A stretch of 52,027 bases of DNA, filler included, from Bipalium vagum (Eukaryota): the NCBI GenBank assembly GCA_037834085.1. It is 3 parts of 3 records of this genome, joined end to end, with 100 filler letters (N's around TTAATTAATTAA, not from the genome) between each part and the next. Parts side by side here need not be neighbours in the genome. Positions count along the whole stretch, not along the records: positions 1 to 15,663 come from JBBMKC010153533.1; 2 more parts are not named here. The stretch is one strand, 5' to 3'. Shown here one piece after another: positions 1 through 12,860 of the stretch. The notes under the pieces were generated by a model. That model did no database searches. It was not told where the DNA came from and worked only from the letters and a program-made list of their open reading frames with translations. The translations under genes were made by a program, and so were the position numbers. Every line of letters starts with the position of its first letter. The first letter of the stretch is position 1.

Positions 1-1159
1 AATTGTGAGTATTTAAACTGATTTCGAATTTTTGATTTTTTTGTGCCTAATTTAAATTTTAAAATAATTATTTTTAATATTTATTTAATTAAATTTTGTA
101 TATTTATTTTAAAATAATTTTCATTGAAATGATATTTGATATTTAATTATAAGGGCACAATATATTGATTTATCAAGAATTGAAAATTTGTTTAAATATT
201 ATTATTTTAGAGAGACATTCAAGAATATATCTTTAAAACTATGACTGACTTTGTTGATATTTTAACTAACAATGATAATAATAATTGAAATCAATTTTAT
301 AATTTATTATTCTTACACATCACAATCAAAATTTTAAATAATAAGCGTAAATAAATGACGATAATCAATAATAAAATTAGTAAAAATAAAATAATAATGT
401 AATCACTTGTGTAATTAATAAGTAACAAATTATTTCTATATAAATTAAATGGAATAACTTTTCTAGTATAAATAATATTCTGGAATCTTTCACCAAATAA
501 TGAAGACATACTAAAGAAGAAACATTTTTCATAGATCTCTTAACTCTGGTCCCCGATATTGGAACCTTTTGCAAAAGCTGTGTTGGGTCGAGTGATCCGA
601 TCATGATAAATCTGTACAGAGCTTCACTTCACCTTTTCTTTCGTTAGGTAGAAACGGTGTGGTGAAATGAGAAAGAAGTACTGTCATCATTTTCTTTCAG
701 TATTTTTAGTTACCACAAAGTCTGTTTACACTAATTAACATGTTCCCCAGGTTTTTATCTTCCTCGTTGAATACAATTTCCTCGTCTGATTCGAATCATT
801 AAATGAAACATTCAACAAAACGCAGGCGCTGATACCCATGGTTGAGCAGTGGAACATGAGGAAATATGAAAGAAAGAGACGTTTCAGAGTCAGTCTTCAA
901 GACTATCCGTTCTAAACGAATTCAGTTATGAAGACGAAGAAAAGCGATTATGAAAAATGATTTTAAAAATATCAACGGAAAACATCGAAAACAAATGAAA
1001 AGAGTTTAACAAAGATGAAAGGCCTCAACTCATTGATATAAAGCAGATGTTTTGATATCAAATAAAGTTTTATCTAATTGTTCTTCTTAGGTTTGAAAAT
1101 AAAAATTAAATGAGGTAACCTTTCTAAAAATATAAAATAATAATATGATAATGATGATG

Positions 1160-1195
<36 letters not shown>
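1160..1195. repeat. (AAT)n microsatellite
   Basis: Pure taa/aat run, preceded by degenerate gat units. Confidence 0.9.
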
Positions 1196-1197
<2 letters not shown>

Positions 1198-1224
1198 CTT
1201 ATTTAATTTAAGAGATACGATCTT

Positions 1225-1740
1225 TTGGTGAAAGTTTTCATATGGAAATTTCTGTTTAAAATGTTGTGGGGTGAACGTTTACAATGTTAACTATTTCACA
1301 AACTTTGACTGTGTTCGATCTTCCAGAATAATGTCATTGTGTTTATCGAGAATTTCTGGCGTAGTCATCTCTTTTGGGAGTCCTCTGTTCATCAGTTGTA
1401 CTTGATCGACCACGTTTAAATTCTGCAAATCAATATTTTACAATAAAATCTGATGGAGCATCTTCGCTATAATGTTTGTTCAACTTTTCTGATGTTTTTT
1501 TGACCATTTTCCTTTTAGGAAGTGGTGTTTAAGAACTACACGAAATTTTTGTTTCTCCATTTTTCCTAGATTTAAAAAATTGCTAATTTCAAACGATTGA
1601 AACAAATAAACTACCGCATGTATCAATATATAAAATTGATCTTATTTATTTATGTGTTCGTTTTCTGTAATAAAATAGTTGATTTTATTTTTTCAACTAG
1701 ACTAGTTGGTTAGGGAGCCTACTTATCAATCCACCCTCGA
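1225..1740 (-). mobile_element. Decayed mariner (irritans/Himar1-like), 5' part with left TIR
   Basis: Minus strand from ATG at 1560 reads MEKQKFRVVLKHHFLKGK, then after frameshifts EKLNKHYSEDAPS...FAEFKRGRSSTTDEQR...PKEMTTPEILDKHNDIILEDR. This parallels the Himar1 N-terminus (MEKKEFRVLIKYCFLKGK...FKRGEMSTEDGERSGRPKE). TIR-like CGAGGGTGGATTGATAAGT on the minus strand at about 1721-1739. Confidence 0.8.
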
Positions 1741-4700
1741 ACCATTAATTAAGTTAATTTAATAATTTTTGAATTAATCAATTTACACTGAGGTCTTGAT
1801 ATGTGAAAGTTGCAATTGAAGATGTGTTCGATGAAATTAATAATAACTAAATCAATAAAAATTGATATAAAATTGATACACGTGAATTGTCACAAGCTTA
1901 AAATTAATTTTTTATAAACCAAATATTTATTACTATAGCAAATTTTGACATTGTCTTCCATATTTTTAATTTAAATCCAATAAATAATTGGACACCCCTT
2001 TTAAAGGAAAATTTCTCTCGCTCTTAGTCTCAGAGGTCATTAAAATAATGTAATCTGTCACCCTACTTAGTGTGTGAAAAGAGAAAAATAAAAAATAATT
2101 TGGAAGTGAAAAATGAACAAAATATTTAAATTGATCCTAATGATGCTGAGTCCTACGATTTATCTGAAGAATTAATTAAAGGAGAACCAGCAGTGATAAC
2201 ACCACTGTTGGTAAAAATATAAATGGAATCAATAAAATAAAATTTAGATTTCAGTTTTCAGTTTTCATTATGGTTGACAGGAAACCGTGTTGCTCACAAA
2301 ACAAGTTTGATTTATTATTTTTAGTGTTTTATTTATTTAATTTAGTCCTTCTCGGTTATGTTCACATAACTGGATTGAAAAGACGAAATAACCTTTAAAA
2401 GTTTCAGATATGTTGAATAATTATATTTTCAAAAATAACTATTAATTCTATAATAATTATTATTGTCCAACCTTATTGAGGTCATCATTTTCCGAACCCC
2501 TTGTGCCTTACTTTTCAATCCTGGTATTGTATTGGACTAACCAGACAAATTAAAAGAATTCAAAGTATTTGTGATAATTTTGAAATTATAACGTCTCTGA
2601 TTTTTGTAGTTATCGTTTAAGTATTATTGATTTATAGAATTGATTCGAGCTTGGAATTGGAATGAATTAACGATTTTCGTATGGATTCTAAATGAATTGT
2701 CGTGATCATATTATTATTAATTTTAAACCCCGGGTCTTTTGTGCGACTTTTCATGTTTTAGCTCGTTTTATATTAAACGTATTTGTATACGATTAATAAA
2801 AATATTTGGAAACATTCGGAAATAAAATTTTAATATTCCTCTCAATTATTTTCAAATAATGCATCACTCTCCTGATTTTTAAAAATTCTTTTCGTTATTA
2901 TTGGTAAAAGATAAAAAAAGTTTAATGTGAATATTTTTTTAAATTAAAAATTTTCTCGAAAATTCTAAAATAATTGCAATTTTTAAAAATAATTTAAAAA
3001 TTGATATTTTCAAAATAATAATTAAGAAAATCGTTAATCAACCATTGATTAATGTTTTTCTCAATATTGTGAATTAATTTCTGGTTTCAATTTTCTGATT
3101 AGTTCACAGATTTTTCTTTTTTCGTCATTACCAAAGCTGCCCATAATTACACAAATTCATTGTCATTCACAATTTATTTTCCCACTTTCTTTCCGACTAA
3201 CACTGTCATCCAACACTATTTGTTCTAATTTTATGGGAATGATAGATATATTCTTGTAATTTTATTTATAATCTTTTTATAAACTAAATATATCAACTTT
3301 TAATTATATTATTTATTTTGTTGTCTCTTACAAATTGTTATATTACATTTATTGTTTAAATAAAATTTATGCAAACATGAATAGTAACAACAGCAATACA
3401 TCCACAAAAATAATATTATTTATAAATTTATTTCATTTTAAAAATATATATGTACGAAAATACTATTATATATTTTTCAAATAACGTGATAAATTTATTT
3501 TATTTATTTAAATTAATTTTTTATAATTATTTACAAGGCGTTTATTTTTGTGCTATTTTTTTGTTTTACAAATGATAAGCGTATTTGTAAAAGAGTAAGA
3601 ATTCGTCAATATTAATAATTATCACAAAATGCTTAATTATCATGTTGTTCTTTATGAAAGAGGAAATCTCAACAAAGTTAACTATAATAATAATATTAAT
3701 AAAATAATGATAATTAATAATCACTGCATGTATTCTATTCTTATGGTAAAACGTTTTATAATAATTGCAAATAAATATAATAATTATGTTTAGAAATAAA
3801 TTAAATCGTAAATTATTAATAAATTTTTTAATATTTGAAACTTACCAAATTTCACATTTTATTTTCTTTATTATTATAAAATGACATTAAAATATTTCCA
3901 TGGTGATAGAATAAAATTTTATTATTTTAATTTTTGATACCTTTTTCGAATTTATTGAAATATTTTGAAGAACAGATGAAAACAGAAAGAATGAATAATT
4001 TAATGTGGCAGTGACCTCCATCGATATAAATGTTATGAAGCCTCTAATTGCAACAGATGAAATGCTGATGGCAAAAGACTCAAAAAACAAATATTTTGGA
4101 AATAAATGAATCATTATAGAAAAATTAATGAGGATAAGAAAAGGGGAAACTAGATCAGAAAAATGTTATAATGTATAATCAAAAGCTGTCCTAAAAAGTA
4201 TAGCGTCGTAAATTGAAAAATATAAGATATACGATTCTAAAATCCAAAGACATTAAAAATATAAACAGCACATTTAATTGACTTTCAAAATTTGGGTAAG
4301 TTTTATGATACATTTTTTTTAGATTTTTTACTTTTTTACTACATAATTGTAAAATATAAATTAGTACTATGGATTTAAGCTTTCAGTCGTTATCTTTCAA
4401 CTCATTAATGGTTGATGCTAATGATGAAAGGTCCGAGGACTAAAGATAGTCTCAGATTGATGAAAAATGCTTTTGGTTCTTTTTATTTAATTGTTCCTGC
4501 ATAATGTATTACTTTTAATTAAAATATATTAACTAAAATCGATGGACATTTCTTAATCAATTTTTCATAATTCCTCACAATGAGTTGTGCTAAAATCCAT
4601 TTTGACTATAATTTGAATTTGAAAATTCTTATTGATTCTATGTTTGGTTTATTACACAAACAGTAATAAATGAGATACATATATTTTTCGTAAATAAGGG

Positions 4701-5949
4701 TTATGTATTAATCAAAATTATGTTAAAAGAAGTATGTTAAAAGAAGTATGTTAAAAAAATAGAAGTCTTTCAATTGGAATTATCTTAATCAAACTACTAG
4801 AAGGATTAAAGCTCTGATTCGTTATCTTTCCCCTCACTAATGGTTGGCGTTAATGACAAAAGAAAAATAATCACTTCATCAATAAAAGTTTATTGATAAC
4901 AACAAAATGGTTAATATAAAATTTTCCAATAACAACCAATTCCAGTGATTTGTTATCAAATAGATCAGCTATAACTCGTAACCAATGTCAAAAACAAACA
5001 AAAATAAATCAATGACAATAAAAGTGAATCAATAACTTAAAAAAAGAGTTAAGTTAAACAATAAAATATAAACAAATGCGATTATCAACAGCAATAAAAA
5101 TAAATCGATAGTTCAATAAATGAGTCAAAAAATAAGTCAAAAAATGAAATCTAAATATAATTCAGTAAGAATAGTTAGGATATGAAATGCAAGGTGAATA
5201 GATAAATAAAAATACAAGGAATTTTTACCTGAACATGATAATTGATCAAATAATTGGATTTTCAGTTAGATGCATCTAAAGACGACCAAAATCCACTGGG
5301 TCTGTTGATTATTCTTTAATAAAAAATGCAGCAAACATTCTTATCTTAAAATAGTGTTGCAATAATATTCTTCAAATATTTTCCAAATTTAAATGTAGTC
5401 TTCAAAATCGACTATAAAATAATAACAATAATTATAGTGGATTTCTGAGAAAATTTTCCTGATTTATTTCCATTTAAAATACAAGATTGCCAAGTGCCCG
5501 TTATCAGAGCACTGTCGTCTTAAATTTCCCTTAGTAACTTTCACAACATAGTCACCACTCAGAAAATTCAGTAATCAATAAAAATTTTAGAATTTTAAAA
5601 ATATTTAATTATTTAGATTATTATAATTATAAAAATATAAATAATTATTATTATTCGAATCTAATTTATATTTATAAATTTATTTTTATTAATAAAACCT
5701 AATCCTTCATGTTTAAAATTAATAATTAATACATGTTCATAATAATTTGCCATTTGAATTGTATTTATACTTTTTCTAAGTTTTAGAATTGATTATTTTT
5801 TAATTTACTGTATATTTTTCACGTCTTTTGGTAGGAAAAATATAAGAAAGTTATATTATCTCTTTAAAAGATTATCTTTCATATATAACACAAATATTAC
5901 CGCAATTTAATGAAACAAAATTTTTAAAATATTATTTTATTCACTCTAC

Positions 5950-6893
5950 CAGTGGTTTTCAACCAGAGTTCCGTGGAGCCTTAGGGGTTCCGCAATTTCT
6001 AAATTAAATATTGTTACTATTATAGCTTAACAAAGTAATCTTCGCTCGTTTATCGACAACGCCTCACTTTAATGTGCTGTTTTCGTTTTAAGAATTTAAA
6101 ACCAAAATGAATCAAAACACCTACGATAAAACCTTATCTGCATTCTCACTGAATCGAAATTCCCACAGTAATACTTTATCCGCACGCTAAACATTGAATC
6201 AAAACACTCACAATAAAACTTTATTCACTATATCACAACAACTATTGATACAAATCAAAATCAATTCAGAAATCAAAATCAAAACCGTGAATCTATCAAT
6301 GCCTAAAATGAAATTTAAGTCAAGTCTAATGGCAATGTTAATAATAAAGAAAAATATAATCAAATCAATAATCGATAATAATAGTTAAGTAAAGAAAACG
6401 AAAATATCTCGTTTTATACTGACAAAATAAATGCTTTTCAGAAGAAATTGCCAATAGAAAGAATCACATAGCTGCAGGAAATTTGAAAATGTTTCCAAGT
6501 GTTTTTAAAAGGATTTGTCAAGAAATTAGGCTAATGATATTAGCTAATAGCTAACAAATCTTAACTTAACAAAAGTATTTTCCATCGATATCTGTTGACC
6601 AGTATGAGTGGATTAGACCCCCATTTCTAGAATTTGAGCCATCTAAAGAACAGTTCACATTAACAGTAGAAGAATTTACCTCCTTCTTAATTACCGGACA
6701 ATAAAGCTGAAGCATTTTGAGCTTAACCTGAATTCATTCTAGTTGGTGGTTGAAAAGGAATATCCTGCAATTGCCCAGAAAAAAATAAATGCTGTTTTCT
6801 GCATAAAATAATTATATCATTGCATATTGGTTCCTCGAGCCAGAAGAATGTTTCCACGGGGTTCCGCTCTAGCAGGAAAGTTAAAAACCACTG
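5950..6893 (+). mobile_element. Internally deleted hAT element (Charlie/Buster type)
   Basis: Inverted termini CAGTGGTTTTCAACC (5950) and GTTAAAAACCACTG (ends 6893), with subterminal GGGGTTCCG at both ends. Interrupted transposase C-terminus: TDKINAFQKKL...GNLKMFP...KYFPSISVDQYEWIRPPF...EKEYPAIAQK. No clear 8-bp TSD. Confidence 0.8.
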
Positions 6894-7017
6894 ATATATA
6901 TAGTAGAAGCGAAATTCATGGAAACACCATAATTTTTGTATTATCTTATTACATTTGCAAATCAACATTATTAACAAACAACAAGCAGATAACTGTGTAA
7001 TAATGTTTTTGATAATG

Positions 7018-7880
7018 TTAATAAGAAGTACGTTGACCTTTAGCAATCATTAAAGCTTTGATTCGACGGGCATACTATCGATCAACTTTTTGCAAAAATC
7101 ACTATTTTAAGGAACTGTTCTCCAAACTTTGAGGACAGAAGTTATTAATTCGTTTTTTATTGTAGGATTGAGATTACAGACATTTTTACTTTAGAATGGA
7201 CTACATTCTTCATGTCAGGCGATGATCCAGCCCAATCTAAAAAGGTTTTGATTTTTAAAGTTTAATAGTGTATACCACCTTGTTCATAGATCCATTACTC
7301 ATTACTATACCAATCTTTAGCTTGATCAATTAACTGATAGTTTATTATATTTTCATGATACGGAGTTGCAATCATTGAACCTTCTACTACATATATGCGC
7401 CCTGGACCATACCACAACATGCAAGACCAAAACATAACTTTCATATGAAATTGAACTGTTTTTATTACATGCTTGCTGGTAAGTCGTTCATCTGTTGATG
7501 TACTGATGAGTTTTTTTTGGTTTCCAGGATTCACTATAAAGCATGTTTTATCAGAAAATATGACTTATTACCAATTTAGTTTCGACCAATCTTTAAGTTG
7601 TTGTGCTAACTTCTTGCTCTGCAACATGTGATTACATGACACAAATTGTTTATGAGAGGCTGTGATGCATGGGCTACCTTCTTTAATTAATACGTCATTC
7701 ATGTACCTCCTAGAAATGATGGGCAACCATAGACTATTAGTTATAAGTTCTTTAACTGTCCACTGAGGATTTACTTTTATATCGAGAATTACTTTTCTAA
7801 TATCTGGTCTGGAAAGTCTTGGATCTCTTCCACATTTCTCAAATATTCGAGCTTTTATTGACCCAAGATTATGGTAGATT
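7018..7880 (-). mobile_element. Decayed Tc1-like transposase
   Basis: Minus-strand fragments KCGRDPRLS (GRPR-like), KVIFSDKTCF, VMFWSCMLWYGPGRIYVVEGSM (ORF 7295-7534), LDWAGSSPDMKNV (WPSQSPDLNPIE-like) and RIKALMIAKGQRTSY*; multiple stops and frameshifts. Confidence 0.8.
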
Positions 7881-7959
7881 ACACCTTTTTGATCTATCAG
7901 CTAAATAGCATTGTTTACTTACCAAATGAACTTACAGTCCGTTTTGACGCTTAACCTGG

Positions 7960-8330
7960 GTTAACCAATACTTTTATGCATTTGTGAATTTTAAATAAAT
8001 TCAATTTTCATCTTTTGACAAAATTCGTTGCGTAAGACTTTCTTTCGTACGAGTGTAATAACATATCACTTCCTCCTCTTTGGTTTTTCAGTTGTCTTGA
8101 AAGATAAGGCATTTATTTTCTAATTTTAAAATCTTTCATATACTATGTAATCGCGATCATACTATTTGTAAAGTAACACCTAATCTAATGACAAGTATTT
8201 TTTGAAACTGTCATGCATCTTCATCCAATAAATTTTCATCCTCAAGATTGGAAGGATGATCTGGATTCTCTATGTTCTTTATAATAAAATCGTTATTTCT
8301 GAAGAGTATAAACAAACGCTCATATTCTAA
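7960..8330 (-). mobile_element. Decayed Mos1-like mariner fragment
   Basis: Minus strand YERLFILFRNNDF...LEDENLLDEDA*QFQKILVIRLGVTLQIV*SRLH...RILSKDEN*IY, colinear with Mos1 CERWFQRFKSGDF...LLDEDDAQTQKQLAEQLEVSQQAVSNRL...RIVTGDEKWIF. Confidence 0.6.
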
Positions 8331-9486
8331 GACACTAAGATAAACATCAAAAAGTATCCGCTAGCCAAAACCTTTGCTCAACAGAAAATAATGAATAAGA
8401 ACCTACTGCAAATAATCTTTATCTTGGGTTTAATTTTAATCATTGTGTAAAAATTTTGAAAATATTAATATTTTATGAAAATTTGAATAATTACCGTAGT
8501 AAAAATGATTATTAAATCAAAATCAATTTTATTTGAATTCAAAATTATATTACCAAATATCACTGAATCTATTTAAATAAATCTGCATTATTTATCAGTG
8601 CAGCTGGATAATTATATTTTATATATATAATGATAATGATTTTTTAAAATTCAAATGGTTAACACTTTTTAGGAAAATTTTATTTTTCTTTTAAAATAAA
8701 TAAATAAATAAATTTTATTTTTTCATGGTTTCTTTTACCACCACTTTCCTACTAATTTATGATAAAATTTGTTTTCTCTCACTATTTGATCTTTCAAAAT
8801 GATCGGAAACCATTTTTACTATATCATGTACATTTTTGTACATATATTGTAATTCTCACAAAAATGACTGGAAAAGGAATTTTAATATTATTTTAGTAAT
8901 AGAACGATATAAATATATTCAGCCTTTTCATATTGTCATTTTTAATGATAATAAATTAAAAATATATTATGATAAATATTTAAATAAGGAAAATTAACAG
9001 CTTTTATTAAATATAATATAATAAATTTTCATTGCAAACTTAATATAATATAAAAATTCTTAAGATTATTTAATTCAATATATTTGTGTGAAATGCCCCA
9101 TTCCTTTTCAACGATTTAAACAGATTATTATTAATTTATTTATTAAAAAAATCCATAAAATTTAATACAGAATTTTGAAAAATTCTGAAAAACCATTCAG
9201 GATTAAATCAAATAATCTTCATTAAACCCCATTAATTGTCCTAGACTTGTCTTGAGTGATTAAATGGAAAAAGATATAATAATATTTTTTTATTTATTTA
9301 CAAACTAAATACATTAATGTAGAAGATGAAACGAACGAAAATAATTGTGATTTCCCAATTATGAATTACGGATTATAGTTTTATCTCGAAAAAATTACTT
9401 ATAAAATTAAAGCGAAAAAAAACTCGTAATGTCAGAAAATAAATTCTATTTTACTCAAGGCGATGGATTCTGTACTCATCTGAAAC

Positions 9487-9571
9487 CGACCAATAGAAAT
9501 TGAGCAGCTTCACGTTTATTGGTCAGTTCAATTTGTTAGTCTCGCTACCTATACAAACGCTGCTATATAAA
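9487..9571 (+). promoter_or_regulatory. Hmx core promoter: two oppositely oriented CCAAT boxes plus TATA box
   Basis: GACCAATAG (CCAAT 9490-9494), ATTGGTCAG (reverse CCAAT 9518-9522) and TATATAAA (9564-9571), ending 44 nt before the ATG at 9616; locally more GC-rich than the flanks. Confidence 0.65.
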
Positions 9572-9615
9572 CCGTTTAGCAAGATTCTTTCTAAATAATT
9601 TACTTCCTCAAAATC

Positions 9616-10831
9616 ATGACAGATTCCAGCAAGTTGACACAGTCGCAATTTTCCATTGATCAATTATTAAATGAAAATTCCTGTGAAAATATCGACAGAA
9701 ACTCAGAATTGACATCTAAAGATCAAGATTTAAAAAATCCATTTTTTTCAAATCGATTGCATACAAACCTTTTCCTTAATAGTGGTAATGGGCTTTATTT
9801 TCATTTTCACTTTATTAAATATGTTAATTTTAGGAAACAATAGATTTTTTAATCGAATTATCTGCTACAAAGACCTACAAAATAAGCTAAATAAAGGATC
9901 TGCAGATTCCGGTTTATCGAACATTTTCCCACAGAACTTCAATTTTTCTTTGAACAATCCTTTGGGAAACATTTTACCTAACTTCTTGTCAAAGTCCAGT
10001 AACTTAAATTTGGGAATGATGAGAAAGTCAAAATCGTCACCGGATTCCATGTCCAATGAAACAAATAAGAAAACGAAATTGATCCACTATTCTTCGACCA
10101 ATGTTAATAATGAGTATCAAAATGAAAAATTAGAAAATAGATTTTTATTAAACACAAACAGTCATAGTGATCAGAGAGATCTAGAAGAGATCTGTAGAGA
10201 TTACAATGAAGAACCAATTGACAATGAAGGTGATAATTTTTCACAAGCTTCTGAATCCGAAGATGGGAATTTAAGTCCGAATAACACAAAATTATCTTTA
10301 CGAAGAAAAAAGAAAACCAGAACGGTATTTTCCAGAAATCAAGTTTTTCAGTTAGAATCGACTTTTGATTTGAAACGATACCTGTCCAGTTCTGAACGGG
10401 CTTCTTTAGCTCATGCATTGCAACTGACAGAAACACAAGTCAAAATCTGGTTTCAGAACCGAAGAAACAAATGGAAAAGACAATTGACATCAGAAATTGA
10501 AGCTGCTAATATAGCAGCTGCAAATCTGGTAGCAAACAGATTGACAAATCCAGTTCCACCAATGCTTTATCCTGCACGGTCTACTGGTTCTTCGGGTTCA
10601 AATTTAGTCAAATCTTCAATGTCAGCAAACTTTTACTCCACATTCTCTCCAGACGGTAACGATCTGAACAAGAGCAGTATTCTTAGTACATCATCAATAA
10701 TAAACACGTCGAAAAACAATTTGAATGCATTCTCTCCATTTTTAGGTACGGGGTCGTATCTTTTTCCCAATGGTTATGGAACTAATGGTGAATCCTTATT
10801 AAAAAATTGTGGAATGTCAAATTATACTTGA
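9616..10831 (+). CDS. Hmx: Hmx / NK5 family homeobox transcription factor, 388 aa, 2 exons (9616-9784, 9834-10831)
   Basis: Homeodomain [60 protein letters not shown] is followed by the Hmx-typical LTSEIEAAN and a PVPPMLY motif. N-terminal eh1 motif FSIDQLL. A 49-nt phase-1 GT-AG intron (9785-9833) joins ORF 9616 to ORF 9782 in frame (G|GA AAC AAT). Confidence 0.95.
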
Positions 10832-10901
10832 TTCTAGTCAGTTAGAATTTGCGAAGACTTATGATTACATTATTATGTATAAAAACTGAAATTTGTACAG
10901 A

Positions 10902-10907
10902 AATAAA
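10902..10907 (+). terminator. Candidate poly(A) signal AATAAA of Hmx
   Basis: First AATAAA after the TGA at 10829-10831; the motif is common in AT-rich DNA. Confidence 0.4.
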
Positions 10908-11389
10908 TTTTAAGTTGATTTTGCAGTACAAAACGTTAATTAAAACAAAAAAAGAAAACTAATTAAACTTTNNNNNNNNNNNNNNNNNNNNNNNNNNNNN
11001 NNNNNNNNNNNNNNNNNNNNNNNNNNNNNNNNNNNNNNNNNNNNNNNNNNNNNNNNNNNNNNNNNNNNNNNNNNNNNNNNNNNNNNNNNNNNNNNNNNNN
11101 NNNNNNNNNNNNNNNNNNNNNNNNNNNNNNNNNNNNNNNNNATATTAATAATAATAAATAATAATAATTCTTTTAATATTATTGTTTTTATTTTTGTCAG
11201 AGAATTTAAATTATATCAATATATAATAATATATATAATAAAAATATACATATTTTGTTTATATAAAGTATAAAATTTCCTTAATCAATTTTTTAGTAAT
11301 TATCGAATATATTATTATTGAGGAAAGATAAATATTCGTGAAACTGTTCATAAAATTTCCTTATTTCTAACAGACATATCTTCTATCAG

Positions 11390-11640
11390 AGATCACCTAC
11401 ATATGAATCTTTAGTGTATAAAACTGAACTGAAAATGATCAGTCGGTGTTCCGTTATTCCGTTCTCAATTCTTAAATGTTTATATAGAAAAACCACGAAG
11501 AAATTGTAAAATATCTCCGGAAATCCGGAGAGCTCTAAATTTATGACATATTTTATCTAACACAAAACCTTCATGTCATGTTGGATGAGTAAACTCAATT
11601 TGTCCATGAAAAAATGATCTGCAGTCATCCCAACCTTCGA
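11390..11640 (-). mobile_element. Possible LINE reverse-transcriptase remnant
   Basis: Minus strand T*HEGFVLDKICHKFRALRISGDILQFLRGF resembles the LINE RT segment VWHEGL..KL..LGISG..L.WI.SF; a later SVLY...YVGDL resembles GSVL...YVNDL. Confidence 0.35.
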
Positions 11641-11695
11641 CCTGTAATTAAACAAACAATAATATTTATTGTTATGAATTATGTGTCGTCAGTTC

Positions 11696-12307
11696 TCATT
11701 TTTTATTTTTCACGTTTTCATTGAAAATTCTAATCAACTCATCATTATCAATGAAAGAAACCATTTCATGTCTCACAATATCGTATGAGTGGCACCAAAG
11801 GTTATTTCTTGATATCTCCAATTTGATCTGGCCAATTTTATTCGTCTTTTGTCGTGTCGCCATTGTGATTGCAGAATACCGTGCAGTCCTGGCGATTTTT
11901 GGACCAATCGCTGGTGGAAATTGCGCTCTGGTAATTAAGACAGAATCACTGATGACCAATTGTAAAAGATTTATTGTTTGATCATTAACGTGTCCATTCA
12001 GTTGAATCTGGCGCTCACTTGGCTCCTTTGATGGTGATTGACAGTGCTAATTGATGTCAATCCTTGGATAATTTAAACATAAGTGATTAACGAAAACAAT
12101 TAATCTTGACGATTTGTGATATTTGGTTTTTGTATTGATTTCCACAATTCGTTTTAGACTCCTGATCGACTTGATCTGATCGTCGTGGAACGTTTTCAGT
12201 CTGACACTTCTCTGTGAGGAAAATATTTTCCTATTGTTAGAAATTTCTGCTTCATTTGTTTTAATTAATCTCTGCTCTTTTCTATTACAAAGTTTGCATT
12301 CTGACAC
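11696..12307 (-). mobile_element. Decayed LTR-retrotransposon (Ty3/Gypsy-like) protease region
   Basis: ORFs 12047-12307 and 11696-11959 share a frame, separated by one TAG. IQLNGHVNDQTINLL...SDSVLIT...ITMATRQKTNKIGQIKLEI...SFIDNDEL follows the retropepsin layout, but the catalytic DTG is lost. Confidence 0.45.
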
Positions 12308-12459
12308 TTGTTTAAATAAAGTATTTTTAAATTTTTAAAATTCAAAAATTTGTTTTTTATTTTATATATTTAAATAATATTTTTCATTGTTTTCTTCATT
12401 CTTGATATCTGTTTGTTAATTTTAATTTAAATTGAATTATTTATTTAATCTTTATAATT

Positions 12460-12860
12460 AAATTTATTAAATAAATTATTTTATTATATAAACTGTTACA
12501 ACTAAATTAATTTTCATTATCAAATAATTTTTTTATTAAATAAATTATTATTATTAAATTAATTATTATTATCAAATATATTTTAATTACTAAATTAATT
12601 AATATTATCATATAAATTTTATTATCAAAGTATTTTTTAAAATATTAAATTAATTCTGATCATTAAATTGATTTTTTTTATTAAAATCATTTTAATTATT
12701 AAATTGATTTTTTATTAAAATTAATTCTGATTATTAATTGATTTTTTAATTAATTAATATTGATTATTAAATTAATTTTGATTATTAATTAATTTTTTAT
12801 TTAATTAATTTTGATTATTAATTAATTTTTTTATTAAATTAGTTTTGATTAATTCTAATA
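12460..12860. repeat. Degenerate AT-rich minisatellite (unit of roughly 18-20 nt, ATTATTAAATTAATTTT(G)-like)
   Basis: Repeated attattaaattaattttg / attattaattaatttttt variants. Confidence 0.6.

Noticed and set aside
297-1050. Short ORFs and splice-like sites in a mixed-base block
   Set aside because: No consistent frame or recognisable motif; probably a decayed repeat.
9782-9833. Hydrophobic N-terminus ([17 protein letters not shown]) of the 349-aa ORF, suggesting a secreted or membrane-bound homeoprotein
   Set aside because: It is the translated 49-nt intron; the true start is 9616, with the eh1 motif.
9865-10436. Antisense ORFs over Hmx (likewise 37372-37792 over the EGF exons and 26826-27038)
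   Set aside because: Shadow ORFs of real coding sequence with no independent support.
11480-11641. In-frame TGA in a minus-strand frame (HPT*HEG) after a good acceptor; considered selenocysteine or readthrough
   Set aside because: Context fits a TGG-to-TGA mutation in a LINE RT WHEG motif; no SECIS-like hairpin recognised.
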